Below are positions 36,301-45,973 of a stretch of DNA of 64,000 nucleotides, one piece after another. This DNA is from a virus (lineage: Duplodnaviria > Caudoviricetes): IMG/VR virus record IMGVR_UViG_3300031413_000603, positions 12,150-76,149 of that record; one strand, given 5' to 3'. Both the position numbers and the translations under genes were made by a program. Position 1 is the stretch's first letter; each line of letters begins with the position of its first letter. The notes beneath the pieces were generated by a model. It searched no databases, was not told the DNA's origin, and saw nothing but the letters and a program-made list of their open reading frames with translations.

Positions 36301-39300
36301 CAGTAAATCCCAGGTTGCGCAGCTCCTCGCGCTGCTGGGTGGCCTCGGGTGCTTCACGCTTCCACTGGTTGGCATATTCCCGCACCCGCGCATCACGCTT
36401 TGCCAAGTCCAGCATTGTCTGCACATAATCAGCATCTGGCACAACATTGCGCAAACCATGGTGGAAAAGCTCATGAAAGACCGTCTCGATGACATCCAAG
36501 GGACTGCTGTGCGCCCCGGCGACGACAGCAAGCTGCCCGTCGGGTTTCCGCACCCCCTTCACGTAGTCCGGAATCCCTTGCCCAAGGTCCCCGGCCCGCA
36601 GCACGACATCAACTGGTGGCGGGTTGCTGAGCCCCGCAAGGGCATCATTCACCGCTTTCTGAGCCTGTTCAAGCGATAGGCCACGCTCGGGCATGCTCTC
36701 GCCCGTGCTGTTGAAGAACACCATCCCTGAGCCGTCACCCAGCTGCTGCTGGCCTTGGGCGGCCTGCACATCAGCGGCGCGGTCGCTGCCCGTCAGGGCG
36801 AAGGAATCCCGCTCGGCGTCGGCCTGGGCGCGGCGCTGAGATTCGGTATCAGTTCGGGATTGGTTGGCGGCGTCTTGCCGCTGTGCCTCTTCACGCGCTA
36901 CCAGGTCGGCCCTGGTGGGCGAAGTTAGGCGGAAGCTGCTGGCTTCTGGCTGGGCTGCAGGCCGCGGCGTTCCATCACTTGTTGGAGCGCTTGCTTGCGC
37001 TTGGCCTGGGGCAACTTCATCAGCGCGGCCACGGCCTGGGCCATCTTCTTGCGCTGTTCCGGGTTGCTGGGTAAGTTCATTTTGGATTTCCTGTTCGGTG
37101 AAGCCAAGCGCCCGCATGGCATCTTCGGCGCTCATATTGCTTGGGCCATCAAACACCACGTCGGCGTCTTCCAGCGCAAAGAGCGTCGCATCGTCCAGCT
37201 GCTCAATCGATGAGACAGCTGCATCTTCCTCCAAAGCCTGCTGCCGCGCAATACGGGATTGCATCTCAGCATCAACCTGCTCTGGTCGGTATTGGGCAAT
37301 CACGCGCTCGTTGCGCATGGCACGGTGCATCAGGTCTTCCAGCTGCTGGACGGCGTCGGGCGAGCGGATAAAGCCCTCCTCGTAGGCGGCCTGTGCCAGC
37401 TGGTCCAGCTGCTTTCCAGACTTACGGAATATGGGGCCGAAGCCGGGCACCATGGCAGTGCGCTGCTCGGCCGTGCCGGGCGCAAAGTCACGGCGCACAT
37501 CAGGCACCACGCCATGCTTGCCAAGGAATGCGCGCATGGGGTTAGAGGCCTCTGCATTCGCTCGCAGCGTGCGGCCAGGGGCGGTGCGCTTTCGTTCAGC
37601 GTCCCGGTACTCAAGGCGCTGCACATCAGCTGCGGGCAACGCACCGGTGGCTTGGCCTATTGGCCGCCCTGCTTGCGGTCCGCTTGCTTGCGAGAATTGC
37701 GCTTGAGCTTGCTGGGCTTGATCGGTTTCAGTGCCATTGGATACTCCATCAAAATCGGGGTTGTTGAACGGGGTTTGGGTCTGCTGTGAACGGGTGCTGA
37801 TTGGCTGGCCAACAAAGCCCAGCGATGAGTCGCCCCCGGCGGACACCACCTCATGCGTTGCCGCCAGGCCTTGGCGCTCGACTGCCTTCTGTGCAGCCTC
37901 TTGCGTGAGAAAGGGCGTGCCATTGATGCGCGTCACAAACTGCGGCGCGTCAGCCAGTGGCGCGGCGGCCTCCGTCTGCTGCTGGTCGCGGTTGACCACC
38001 TCGGCGCGCAGTTCGGGGCGCAGGCCTTCGGGGCTGGCAATCATTCGGCCAGTGGGCCCGTTGTCATATTCAAGCGCTGGCTGTGCCGACAGGGCCGTCT
38101 GCGGGCTTCCGTCGGGGATGGCTCGAACCGGGGTGAAGTTGCTCAGGCCTAGATCTGTGCGCTGTTGCCGCGCCGCCTCCACTGCGGCACGCTCTTGCTG
38201 AGCGGCGTTGGCCAGCGCTACCACTTCGCTGCGCGCTTCTGGCCTCACACCCGCCGCACCGGCAACCATCCGACCAGACAGGCTGGCGTCAAAAGGCAGC
38301 GCGCCCTGGCCTTCTGGCGCGGTGGATCGCTGCTGCTCAGGGGTCAGTAGTGCAGAGGGTTGAACGTCGTAGCCTCGGCCGCTTGGATGGGGCACCACAG
38401 ACAGGGGCAGACCTTCGTCGGCGGCGCGCCGGCGGATCGCATGGGCCTCATTGAGACGCATGGCAGCGCCTGGCTCAATGCTTTGCGCAGCTGCCAGTTC
38501 AGCAATGCGGCCAGAGATTCGGCTGGCCTCTGGGGCCGGCTGGTCGAATTCGATGGCGTTGTCAAACTGCGCGGCCTCCAAGGGCTCCAGAGCCAGGGCA
38601 CGACCAGGCGCGGGAGGAGCGCCATTGTCGCCACGCTGGCGAGCGTCATAGCCTGCCAGCACCGGCGCGGCCGGCATATCTTCTGGGCCCAAGTCCTGCT
38701 CTACAGGCGGTGCAGCCTCTGCCAATGCGTTCAGCTCGGATTCGCGGAATGCGCGAACGCTGGGCGGCAGGGCCTCGTTGGCCAGGTCGGCCCGGATCAT
38801 TGCGGCCTGTCGCTGCTGCTCTGCTGGCAGCCTGGCCAACGAAGCTGCGATGTCGGCACTATTGGGCTCGGTGGCCACCGGCGCTGCAATCGGCTCCAGC
38901 GACAGATCTACCGATGCGGCAGCAGCCTTGGATAAAGGACCAGCGGCAGGATCGATCCCCATCGCCTGCGACGGGGTCAAGGGTGGAGCAGCATCAGGGG
39001 TGGTCTCACCACCAGGCGCTGCGCTCTCCGTGCTGCTTGGTGCCGCTGCGTTCGGCATGGCCCCAAGCGCTTCAGGTTGGCTGTCCGGCGCAGCTTCGCC
39101 GCCAGGGCTGTCCTCTACCGCCTCGGGCTGGGTGTCGGCTTTACGGCCTCTCTGGCGCATGTGGTCCACAGCACCCGATGCACCGCCCATCACGCCGCCA
39201 CCAATACCACCCATGGCTGCAGCAAATGCGGTGTCTTCCAGGTTCTCGGCCTCTCGCGGATCCTTGAAGGCGCCCCACTGCTCGATCATGTTCTGGGCAC

Positions 39301-40006
39301 CTTCGGTCGCGCCTTCCTTGAGCACGCCCTTGCCAGCCTCTTTGAGCACGGTGGTGGGCCCCAGGCCGACACCCTTGGCGACCTTCAGGGCCTGGCCCAT
39401 ACCAATGCGCTCAAGCGCTGTTGCAGGGATGGCGGCGGCCAAAGCCCGGGTCTTGTCTTCCTGACCGGACTCTTGCTGCTCCTGGCGGATGCCGCCATAT
39501 TCCTGGGTGAAGATCGGCGCAAGGCTGCCCGCCACACCGCCGATGGCTGCACCGGCGGCGGCGCCTACGGGGCCCGCAATGGAGCCCAAAGTACGGCCAG
39601 CCTTGGCACCAGCCAGGCCACCGGCGCCTGCTGCAGCGATCTGTGGACCCAGTTGGCCGACCGCTTCTTTCGTCGCAAGCCAAGGGCTCTCGATGATGTC
39701 AGCAAGCTTGCGGACGCCTGCGGGGTTGCGGTCGATGATCCCCTGACCTGTGTCTTGCAGTGCTTTGGTAGCGAAGTTTGGCCCAGTCACATCCTCGGCA
39801 GAGGTTGCTAAGGTGGTGAGCATCTGGCCTGCTGTGCGCTTTACCGTTGGGATAAAGCCAGGCTCAGCCGGAGGGGGTGGTGGAATGTTGAACGCTTCTT
39901 CGTAGCTAACGCTCCCGTCCGACGCCGGTGCTTTTGCTTGCGCAGCAGGAGGCGGAGCTGGAGGCAGCCCGAAGGCGTCTTCGTAGGAGATTGATGTAGC
40001 AGCCAT
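33356..40006 (-). CDS. Giant internal virion/ejection protein of the polyvalent type (PLxRFG domain, HExxH motif)
   Basis: About 2216 aa; YFPLARFG; VFHELFHHGLR; helical C-terminus as in podovirus ejection proteins. Confidence 0.85.
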   Translation of the reverse strand: MAATSISYEDAFGLPPAPPPAAQAKAPASDGSVSYEEAFNIPPPPPAEPGFIPTVKRTAGQMLTTLATSAEDVTGPNFATKALQDTGQGIIDRNPAGVRKLADIIESPWLATKEAVGQLGPQIAAAGAGGLAGAKAGRTLGSIAGPVGAAAGAAIGGVAGSLAPIFTQEYGGIRQEQQESGQEDKTRALAAAIPATALERIGMGQALKVAKGVGLGPTTVLKEAGKGVLKEGATEGAQNMIEQWGAFKDPREAENLEDTAFAAAMGGIGGGVMGGASGAVDHMRQRGRKADTQPEAVEDSPGGEAAPDSQPEALGAMPNAAAPSSTESAAPGGETTPDAAPPLTPSQAMGIDPAAGPLSKAAAASVDLSLEPIAAPVATEPNSADIAASLARLPAEQQRQAAMIRADLANEALPPSVRAFRESELNALAEAAPPVEQDLGPEDMPAAPVLAGYDARQRGDNGAPPAPGRALALEPLEAAQFDNAIEFDQPAPEASRISGRIAELAAAQSIEPGAAMRLNEAHAIRRRAADEGLPLSVVPHPSGRGYDVQPSALLTPEQQRSTAPEGQGALPFDASLSGRMVAGAAGVRPEARSEVVALANAAQQERAAVEAARQQRTDLGLSNFTPVRAIPDGSPQTALSAQPALEYDNGPTGRMIASPEGLRPELRAEVVNRDQQQTEAAAPLADAPQFVTRINGTPFLTQEAAQKAVERQGLAATHEVVSAGGDSSLGFVGQPISTRSQQTQTPFNNPDFDGVSNGTETDQAQQAQAQFSQASGPQAGRPIGQATGALPAADVQRLEYRDAERKRTAPGRTLRANAEASNPMRAFLGKHGVVPDVRRDFAPGTAEQRTAMVPGFGPIFRKSGKQLDQLAQAAYEEGFIRSPDAVQQLEDLMHRAMRNERVIAQYRPEQVDAEMQSRIARQQALEEDAAVSSIEQLDDATLFALEDADVVFDGPSNMSAEDAMRALGFTEQEIQNELTQQPGTAQEDGPGRGRADEVAPGQAQASAPTSDGTPRPAAQPEASSFRLTSPTRADLVAREEAQRQDAANQSRTDTESQRRAQADAERDSFALTGSDRAADVQAAQGQQQLGDGSGMVFFNSTGESMPERGLSLEQAQKAVNDALAGLSNPPPVDVVLRAGDLGQGIPDYVKGVRKPDGQLAVVAGAHSSPLDVIETVFHELFHHGLRNVVPDADYVQTMLDLAKRDARVREYANQWKREAPEATQQREELRNLGFTGSELNGRYEALAIEEGLAVVAEELRAQKQAGTRLGLRVRTLANWLASVADKMGMKRLANTVRNMTYNQAERFVLSAIEHSGDAAAARNAAGDVPRFRSRGDTPMGQRVGDALKSVTVTNIKQQAGFKATDFRPLSLQMLGRRQLVDVYSDMLPEMRTYSDLMARMDADKNEAGAGADQLAKDWEKLKDENALSDLMHDSTLAQMDPAKDYVQGDNRVRYVQLRKRFEALSPEAQGVYERARDIHRNHMRDVRAAIKERIERSEMGSERKAAMLKRMDDEFFGHIKGVYFPLARFGQYVVVVKDAEGKVANVSRAETMREADTTRSQLAQAFPASKGFTVGKVLKGKEFVADRDTVGRGFMEQLYGVLDKQGMEPKQRAELEDALGQLYLSSLPDLSWAKHGIHRKGTAGFSQDARRAFAQNVFHGASYLAKLRYGDQLQDQLSEMQRRADEGVTDPGFDSVKAQQVIDEMAKRHDAAMNPKSNAVSTTLTSLGFIFYLGLSPASAMVNLSQTALVAYPVMGAKWGFSKSGAALLKASQETMRGKNDITSSLNADEKAAFDEAVRSGVVDVTMAHDLAGIAQGEDQKVINGMRPAMRWASWMFHHAEKFNRQVTFVAAYRLARETGADSKAAYSQAVQATYDGHFDYSANNRPRFMQGNWQKVLLLFKQYSQNMVYTFVRNAQQSLKGATPEVRAEARKTLAGLLTSHAMAAGVLGLPMVTTLLAAASMLGGDDDEPWDAQVALQNMLADAFGQKPAEVLSHGLSRLTPWDISGRVGLDKLIFPDVQEGLEGQRLGEAAMTAALGPVAAIAVNGLKGLQDMSHGQYQRGLESMMPTALRGPLKTVRYYNEGVKDKSGIVIQDQVDAAALAGQFAGFSPSETRNAFEGKSAVISHDRALMTRRRTLVEQFAMAAMAKDEEGKAEARSAIAKFNDKNPERRIQPMQLAQSVRNREKRIREAEDGVYLPRKRRDALDVGRFSTGE

Positions 40007-40056
40007 GGTTTCCAGTGTGTGGATACCATGTGCTGCTGTCGAACCCTGTGGGGTGG

Positions 40057-42075
40057 TCAGCGTGGCGGCTCGAACGCTTTGCCATTCCAGCGCAGATAGC
40101 GTCCGTCCGGCAGGGTGTACATATTGCCCTTCACCAGCTGCTCTTTTGGTGGGGGTGGCGTCTGCGTTTGTGCAGGTGGCCTCAGCCATTGCTCACGCAC
40201 AGAGTCATAGATGGAGGTTGGCTCTTTCACCGTCTGGCCGTCTTGAACATAGGTGCCACCACCTGCGGTGACGAAGCGGTCCTTGGTGCTCTCTGGCTTG
40301 CCCATCAGCGCAAGCAGCCGGCCCTGGGCGCTGCGTTGCTTTTCCGCAGTATCCGCTTGAGCTACCGCATCTTGTGCCGCTTCAAGGCGCGCAGCACCCC
40401 TGCTTCGGGCTGCAGCATCTGACTGTTCCAGCGCCAAACGACCGCGATCGACGGAGTTGCGCATTGCCTCTCGCTGGTTTGCACCCGCTTGCTGAATGCC
40501 TTCGCGCTGCAGGCCTGCGTTTGCATGCAGCGTCGCCTGTGCCGCCCTTGGCTGTTCGGACTGCAGGGCCAGATCGTTATCCAAAGCCGCCCGGTAGGCT
40601 CGTGCTGCTGGGTTGTTCTCCGCACCCCTGCCGCCCCATTTCGTGGTGTTCGTGATGCTGCTGGCAGACGTGGCCAGGTTCTCCAGCCGTTTGCGTGCTG
40701 AATAGTCGTTGGTGCTGTTGGCCACCTGAGGCTCCGCGAACTGCGGCGTTTCAGTCTGGCCAGCCTGCCCGGGTGCGCCACCTTGGAGCCGCTGGTCAAA
40801 AGCCGGGTTGTAGCCCACGCGCTGACCTACCAGGCCTTCCCTTTGTGCTTGCTCGACGGTCATGCCAACAGGGCTGCGCTGGCTTGCCGGTTGCGCACCG
40901 GTGGCCGTGTCAATGTTGCGCGCCGCCTGCTGGCCGCCCTGCTGAGCGCTGCTCGGCGTAGCGGCCGCGCCCGAGCCAGACTGCCCGGCATCCGAAGGGT
41001 AGACATAGCTGCCGTTGGGCCCCAACGACACCTGCGCGCCGCCGGGGGATACCCGAAAACCTCCGAAGCCATCGCCCCGCATGCCTGCGCCTTCCACGGC
41101 GCTTCCACGTTCGTTCGTATAGGAAACAGGCCCAGACACGTTGCCGCCGCTAAACGACGTGGAGCCATCAGCCAAGCGCTCCATGCGGACGCGGCCGTCA
41201 GGATTTGCCTGACCCACCTGTGCATTGGTCATGCCGGAGCGGTCCCAATTGGTTGGTGGGGCAACTTGAGCAGCGCTAGGCGGGGTGGCATTCGCGGTCG
41301 GCTCAGGGATGACGCGCCCAGAACTCTCGGGGTTGGAGGATAGGGATTTGGATTCGCCAGGCCCGGGGATCATGCTAGCCATGGCAGGCGTGCTGGCCGC
41401 GCCAATGGTTGCAGCGGATGCGCCCTCGACAGAGCTGAGGCCTCGGCTGAGCAGTGAGCTAATCGCCCCGCCAGTCTTTGCCACGGCCGGCAGCGCGCCA
41501 CCAAGGCCGCCAACTGAGCTGGCAATAGCCTGCAGGTTTCTGCCGGTGTCAGTATTAAACACGTTGTCCATGGAACCATCCGGCTTAGGCGCCTGCTTGT
41601 CGGTGTCCATGGGAATCTGGTTTGCCAAGGCATTGCCAGTAGCCTGTCCTGCGGTTGAAGGCGCGAGGGCTGCAGCCGCAGCTGTTGGTGCAGGAGCAGC
41701 TGGAGGAGGCGCGGGAGGGGTAGCAACCTGCTGGACGCTCGGGTCCTGTGCTGCCGCTGCAGCATCGCCAAAGCTGTTCGCACGGCGCATCGCCTCTTCA
41801 TCGATCACGCCACCATCTGCAAAATGCCCTGCCTTCTTAGGCTTGCCTGATTGCTTGTGCGTGCGCTCAATGAGGTCATTGAGGCGACTCACCCCAATTT
41901 TTCGGGTGGTGTCGGCCGGCAGCACGAATTCGCCTTTGGAAGCCTTGATGTCGACAGAATCTGAGGTGCCATCGCCTGGGCCATCGATCAACCCGCCATT
42001 GCGGTAACCCTTGGCTGGCACATTGGAGCCCATGGCGGCTAGGCGGCGGGCGGCGGGAGATTGGGCGTAAAGCAT
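40057..42075 (-). CDS. Internal virion/ejection protein
   Basis: 672 aa, Gly/Ala/Gln-rich; N-terminal GGLIDGPGDGTSDSV...GEFVLPA motif. Confidence 0.7.
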   Translation of the reverse strand: MLYAQSPAARRLAAMGSNVPAKGYRNGGLIDGPGDGTSDSVDIKASKGEFVLPADTTRKIGVSRLNDLIERTHKQSGKPKKAGHFADGGVIDEEAMRRANSFGDAAAAAQDPSVQQVATPPAPPPAAPAPTAAAAALAPSTAGQATGNALANQIPMDTDKQAPKPDGSMDNVFNTDTGRNLQAIASSVGGLGGALPAVAKTGGAISSLLSRGLSSVEGASAATIGAASTPAMASMIPGPGESKSLSSNPESSGRVIPEPTANATPPSAAQVAPPTNWDRSGMTNAQVGQANPDGRVRMERLADGSTSFSGGNVSGPVSYTNERGSAVEGAGMRGDGFGGFRVSPGGAQVSLGPNGSYVYPSDAGQSGSGAAATPSSAQQGGQQAARNIDTATGAQPASQRSPVGMTVEQAQREGLVGQRVGYNPAFDQRLQGGAPGQAGQTETPQFAEPQVANSTNDYSARKRLENLATSASSITNTTKWGGRGAENNPAARAYRAALDNDLALQSEQPRAAQATLHANAGLQREGIQQAGANQREAMRNSVDRGRLALEQSDAAARSRGAARLEAAQDAVAQADTAEKQRSAQGRLLALMGKPESTKDRFVTAGGGTYVQDGQTVKEPTSIYDSVREQWLRPPAQTQTPPPPKEQLVKGNMYTLPDGRYLRWNGKAFEPPR

Positions 42076-42104
42076 GAGAAAACCTTTGTGAATATTGCCG
42101 ACCG

Positions 42105-42776
42105 CTACCAGTTGGAATGCACCAATGGCGGGGAATCGTCGCGGTGCTTGCGTTGCACATTGGCATCTGGACGCTTGCCAAATGCCAACTCAAAAAGTGT
42201 CAGATGCTCTGCGGCCTTCACTGCATCGAACGTGTCTGCGTCCTGCTTGAGGTGTGCCCGGTACATCATCCAGTGCATGAGACGGGTGTGAAACCGTGAT
42301 GGAAGCTCTGGCACCTCCCCACATGCGCCCGGCTTGATCGGATTCAGCGCACCTCGGCATACCGTCAAAGCGATAGCGCCCGCGGCGTTTGGCCTGGGCA
42401 CAAGGCGCAGTTGTGGCGGCCGTGCACCACTAGCCGGCTCAAAAATGTAGCGGCGGGGCTGGCCCTCTCGCTGTTCCCAGCCGCAACTGTGGTCGTCCTC
42501 TGCCTCCACGCTGGTTTCGCAGATGACGCGGCCGTTGAAGGTAGCGCGCTTGATCTCCAGCACAGAGGGATGCAGCGGGTATGTGTCCTGGCCAACGACG
42601 ATGGACAGCGCGCAGACGGTGCTGGTGCTGCGGTCTTCGATCAGCTTGGCTCGTTCACACGCCTCCTGCACTGCTTCATTGAGAAAGCCGACGATCTCCT
42701 CTGAAGCCCAGAACGGCGGATCGGCCTGGTCCAGGCATGCATCCCTGAATGCTTTGATGAAATCACCGACGTTCAT
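42105..42776 (-). CDS. Head-to-tail adaptor (DUF6682-like)
   Basis: PFWASEEIVGFLNEAVQEACERAKL; HTRLMHWMMYRAHLKQDADTFD. Confidence 0.75.
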   Translation of the reverse strand: MNVGDFIKAFRDACLDQADPPFWASEEIVGFLNEAVQEACERAKLIEDRSTSTVCALSIVVGQDTYPLHPSVLEIKRATFNGRVICETSVEAEDDHSCGWEQREGQPRRYIFEPASGARPPQLRLVPRPNAAGAIALTVCRGALNPIKPGACGEVPELPSRFHTRLMHWMMYRAHLKQDADTFDAVKAAEHLTLFELAFGKRPDANVQRKHRDDSPPLVHSNW

Positions 42777-42780
42777 TGCT

Positions 42781-43134
42781 TCAGCCTTGCTCGGAGATGG
42801 AGGCGAACGCAGCGTCAGCTTCGGCGCGAGTCACTTCAAAGCCCGCCTTGGCCTTCAGCTTCATCAAGTTGGGCTTGCCGTCGGCGGTGAAGTTGGACTT
42901 GTCGCCTTCAGCGATCATCTGACGCAGCACCTCCTGCAGTTCGAGTTGGCGGTTGTAAATCTGCGTGCGCACCTCGGCCGTGCCGCCATCTACCAGCACC
43001 GCCCCACGGGCAATGGCCTGGCGGTGGAACATGGTGGGCACCTCGGTGCCTGCTTCGTCGGCAGCGATCACGAGGGTATGACCGCTGGTCAGCGCAACAT
43101 GCAAATCAAGTTCAGTGGGGGAGCGGAATTTCAT
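42781..43134 (-). CDS. Head-associated hypothetical protein
   Basis: 117 aa; FTADGKPNL motif common after N4-gp56-type capsids. Confidence 0.7.
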   Translation of the reverse strand: MKFRSPTELDLHVALTSGHTLVIAADEAGTEVPTMFHRQAIARGAVLVDGGTAEVRTQIYNRQLELQEVLRQMIAEGDKSNFTADGKPNLMKLKAKAGFEVTRAEADAAFASISEQG

Positions 43135-43213
43135 GATTGTTTCCTGAGAAAAGGCCCGTCGGCACCTGGCCAACGGGCGAAAGGGCGAGTGAACGCCCGA
43201 CCACTGAGAAGAC

Positions 43214-43615
43214 TCAGCCTTGGGTGAAAGCCGACCGGCCTTCAACGAAATACTGCACCGTCACGCGTGCCTGGCCGGCAGTGGCAGCCGCGCCGGTCTG
43301 GGCGAGCAGCGCATTGATCGCGCCTGCCACCTGGGTCTTGTAGCCAGTGACGGTCAGCTCGGTACGGCCAGCAGCTTTCAGATCGATGGGGGTAGCGGTG
43401 TAGCGGTCATCGTCACCTGCATCGCCCAACTTCAGGGTGGCAGTGGTTGCACTGTTCCAAGGGGTGATGACGGTCACATCACCGCCCACGACGACAGCGC
43501 CGCCTGGAAGATCAATGGCGCCCTCGGCGGTGCCGTAGGCAGTGGGATCACCAAAGGCAATCAGCATGGTGGCCACAATAAGTTCCTGGCGGCCGGCAAT
43601 TTTCTTAATGGACAT
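43214..43615 (-). CDS. Capsid decoration-like protein
   Basis: 133 aa beta-rich protein directly after the capsid gene. Confidence 0.65.
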   Translation of the reverse strand: MSIKKIAGRQELIVATMLIAFGDPTAYGTAEGAIDLPGGAVVVGGDVTVITPWNSATTATLKLGDAGDDDRYTATPIDLKAAGRTELTVTGYKTQVAGAINALLAQTGAAATAGQARVTVQYFVEGRSAFTQG

Positions 43616-43675
43616 GGTTTGCTCCGTGTTTCCAAATAAAGGGGAGCGAGGCCACGCGGCCCCGCTAGACCGTCA

Positions 43676-44779
43676 TCAGCCCTTCAGGTAGTGGTCGATG
43701 GACAGAACGCCAAAATCCTCGACGGACTTGTCGTAGATGGAATAGAACTCAGGCTTGAGCAGGCCCAGGATCTTGTCGATGTTCAGACCTACCTTGTTGT
43801 CGTAGTCGAACAGCTTTTCCACCCAGTCGCCAGGGCCGAGGTCGGCCATGGCCAGCGCTTGGGAACCGCACAGCAGCGTACGGGTGCCGTTGACGTTGCC
43901 GCCTGCACCCCACTTGGAGCCAGTTGCAGCGCCCAGGGTGCTGTACACCAGGTTGTGCTCATGGATCACGGCACCGTCCACGGTCACGGTCGCACCGGTG
44001 AACCATGGAGAGTCCATGCCCGACTTGGTGGCCACGGCGACCACTGCGCGCTGATAGTCGGGGTCCTTCTTCAGCTCAGCCAGGGTGCCTGGCTGCACGA
44101 AGATGACGTAGTACGCCTTGCCGTTCTTCATCAGCGGCTTGACGCGATGAGTCTTTGCATAGGCCACGGCATCCACAATCATTCCGTACTTGGGCACGAA
44201 AGCATTGGTGATACTGCTGGTGTTAGAGACCTGCAGCGAAGAGCCGTCCCACATCAGCGAACGCTTGGGGGAAGGTGGGCGCACGTCGCCGGCAAAGGCC
44301 AGGCTTGGGAACACCGAGCCGATGCGTGGGGAGCCATCGTTATTGAAGGCGTAGCTGATGCCCGACAGGGTCAGAAAGCCCAGCTGATCGCAACGGTTGC
44401 CCAACCAGTAGGCCAGCTTGTCGCGGCCCTGCTCACGGAAGTTGAGCACCGTGCGCTGATCGGACATCTTGCCCTTGTTCTTCACACCGTGGCTGAGCTG
44501 GTCGATGGCGATGATCTGCGAATGGTTGTCCATCGCTTCTTCATTGCCCTCGCGCTCGTTATCGCCTGCGACGCCGTCACCCACCAGGTCGGCAACCAAT
44601 TGGAAAATGGCGCCCCCGCCCTTCTCCGATTTGTTCATCTCTTTGATGATGTGCACCACGTTATTGGCGTCTTTGCCCGAGAAGTTCTTCAAGAACATCT
44701 GGTCGCGGGCGGCGCTCCAGGTCTCGCGGGCCCAGCAAATCTTCTCCATGGGGGTCAATGCTGCAAAATTCGTTTCCAT
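43676..44779 (-). CDS. Major capsid protein (N4-gp56/DUF4043 family)
   Basis: GDGVAGDNEREGNEEAM, IDQLSHGV..KGKMSDQRT, DFGVLSID. Confidence 0.9.
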   Translation of the reverse strand: METNFAALTPMEKICWARETWSAARDQMFLKNFSGKDANNVVHIIKEMNKSEKGGGAIFQLVADLVGDGVAGDNEREGNEEAMDNHSQIIAIDQLSHGVKNKGKMSDQRTVLNFREQGRDKLAYWLGNRCDQLGFLTLSGISYAFNNDGSPRIGSVFPSLAFAGDVRPPSPKRSLMWDGSSLQVSNTSSITNAFVPKYGMIVDAVAYAKTHRVKPLMKNGKAYYVIFVQPGTLAELKKDPDYQRAVVAVATKSGMDSPWFTGATVTVDGAVIHEHNLVYSTLGAATGSKWGAGGNVNGTRTLLCGSQALAMADLGPGDWVEKLFDYDNKVGLNIDKILGLLKPEFYSIYDKSVEDFGVLSIDHYLKG

Positions 44780-44945
44780 GTCATGCTCCAAAAATTGACG
44801 ATTACTTGTCGGGACATGACGCCGCCCATTGCGAAAACATGGCATGGGTGGCCAAGAGCACCAGCCTGTTTAACGCCCAGCCAGGGCGACAACCCGTTGT
44901 TTTGCGGCTGCAAGGTGGGTGAGACCCTGCAGCCGATTGCGCGCT

Positions 44946-45950
44946 TTAGACGAGATCGCCACGCAATTTCTTGCGCTCTGCTTCGGGCAAGGCTTCGTAT
45001 TCCTCATCCGTCAGCTTGGCTCCATCGATCAGAGGCGCTGTCGCTCGGTTGCCCATGCCTGCCTGCAGTTGTGCTGGCTGAAGCTGGGAATCCTGTGCGC
45101 CGCGCTCATTCGCTCGCTGTACCCGCATATCAACATGCCCTGCAGGGGGCTGTACACCCCTAGAGGGGGCAGAGGCTGGAGCAAAACGTGGAGCAATCGA
45201 GTTCACAGCTTCGTCCAATGCCTGTGCTTGCGACGCGCCTCTATTCACCTTCATGATCACCGACGCCTCAATCAGGTCCATTGCCTCAACACCTTCGGGG
45301 CCCTCAAGCCAGGGGTAGCTTTGCAGCAAGGTGTCGATCGTCTTGTATGCCGCAGCGGTTTGCTGCTGGGCTGCCGTCTCATGGGCAAATCGTGAGTAAG
45401 CGGCGTCCTGAAGAACACCGTTGATCTCCATGCGCAGCTTGGTCGCGGCCTTGGTGTCACCGTCCAGCACCAACTGCAGATAGCGCTCCTCGGCCGCTTC
45501 AATGTTGTACGGTTCAGGTGCGGCCTGTTGTGCCTGCTGTTGAGGCTGTGCCGGTGCTGCACCTGGTGTCGGCTGAGCGCTGGCCAGCTTGGCGCGCAGC
45601 TGCTCCACCTCGGTCTCCAATGCCTTGCGTTGGTTGAGCACCTCATTGAAGCGCACGCGGGGGATGCCTCCGCCGGTGGTGCCAGCAGCATCGGATTCTT
45701 CCGCCCCTGCCGGCTGAGCGCCTGGCGTCTGCTGCTGGCCGTCGCCGGAGGCCACGGCCGCTAGTGCCTCAGGGTCGACAGCGCCGCGTGCGTCATCGCC
45801 ACGCAGCCGGGCGCGCTCTTCCGCGCTCTTCTGCATGTAGTCTTCGTCTTCGTCCAGCACCTCCACCGCAGTGGCAGTGCCGCCGGCATCAGAGCCGTCA
45901 TCACCGGCTTCGTTCAGGCGCTTCATCATGTTGATCAGTAGCATGTTCAT
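44946..45950 (-). CDS. Scaffolding protein
   Basis: IPRVRFNEV; acidic coiled coil; C-terminal LTDEEYEALPEAERKKLRGD. Confidence 0.85.
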   Translation of the reverse strand: MNMLLINMMKRLNEAGDDGSDAGGTATAVEVLDEDEDYMQKSAEERARLRGDDARGAVDPEALAAVASGDGQQQTPGAQPAGAEESDAAGTTGGGIPRVRFNEVLNQRKALETEVEQLRAKLASAQPTPGAAPAQPQQQAQQAAPEPYNIEAAEERYLQLVLDGDTKAATKLRMEINGVLQDAAYSRFAHETAAQQQTAAAYKTIDTLLQSYPWLEGPEGVEAMDLIEASVIMKVNRGASQAQALDEAVNSIAPRFAPASAPSRGVQPPAGHVDMRVQRANERGAQDSQLQPAQLQAGMGNRATAPLIDGAKLTDEEYEALPEAERKKLRGDLV

Positions 45951-45973
45951 GGTTTCTTCCTCGCAGTGGTTGG

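Noticed and set aside
41915-42010. Tape-measure protein, suggested by the GGLIDGPGDGTSDSV...GEFV motif
   Set aside because: The motif is N-terminal in a 672-aa protein within a podovirus-type module with no tube or chaperone genes; an ejection protein is more consistent.
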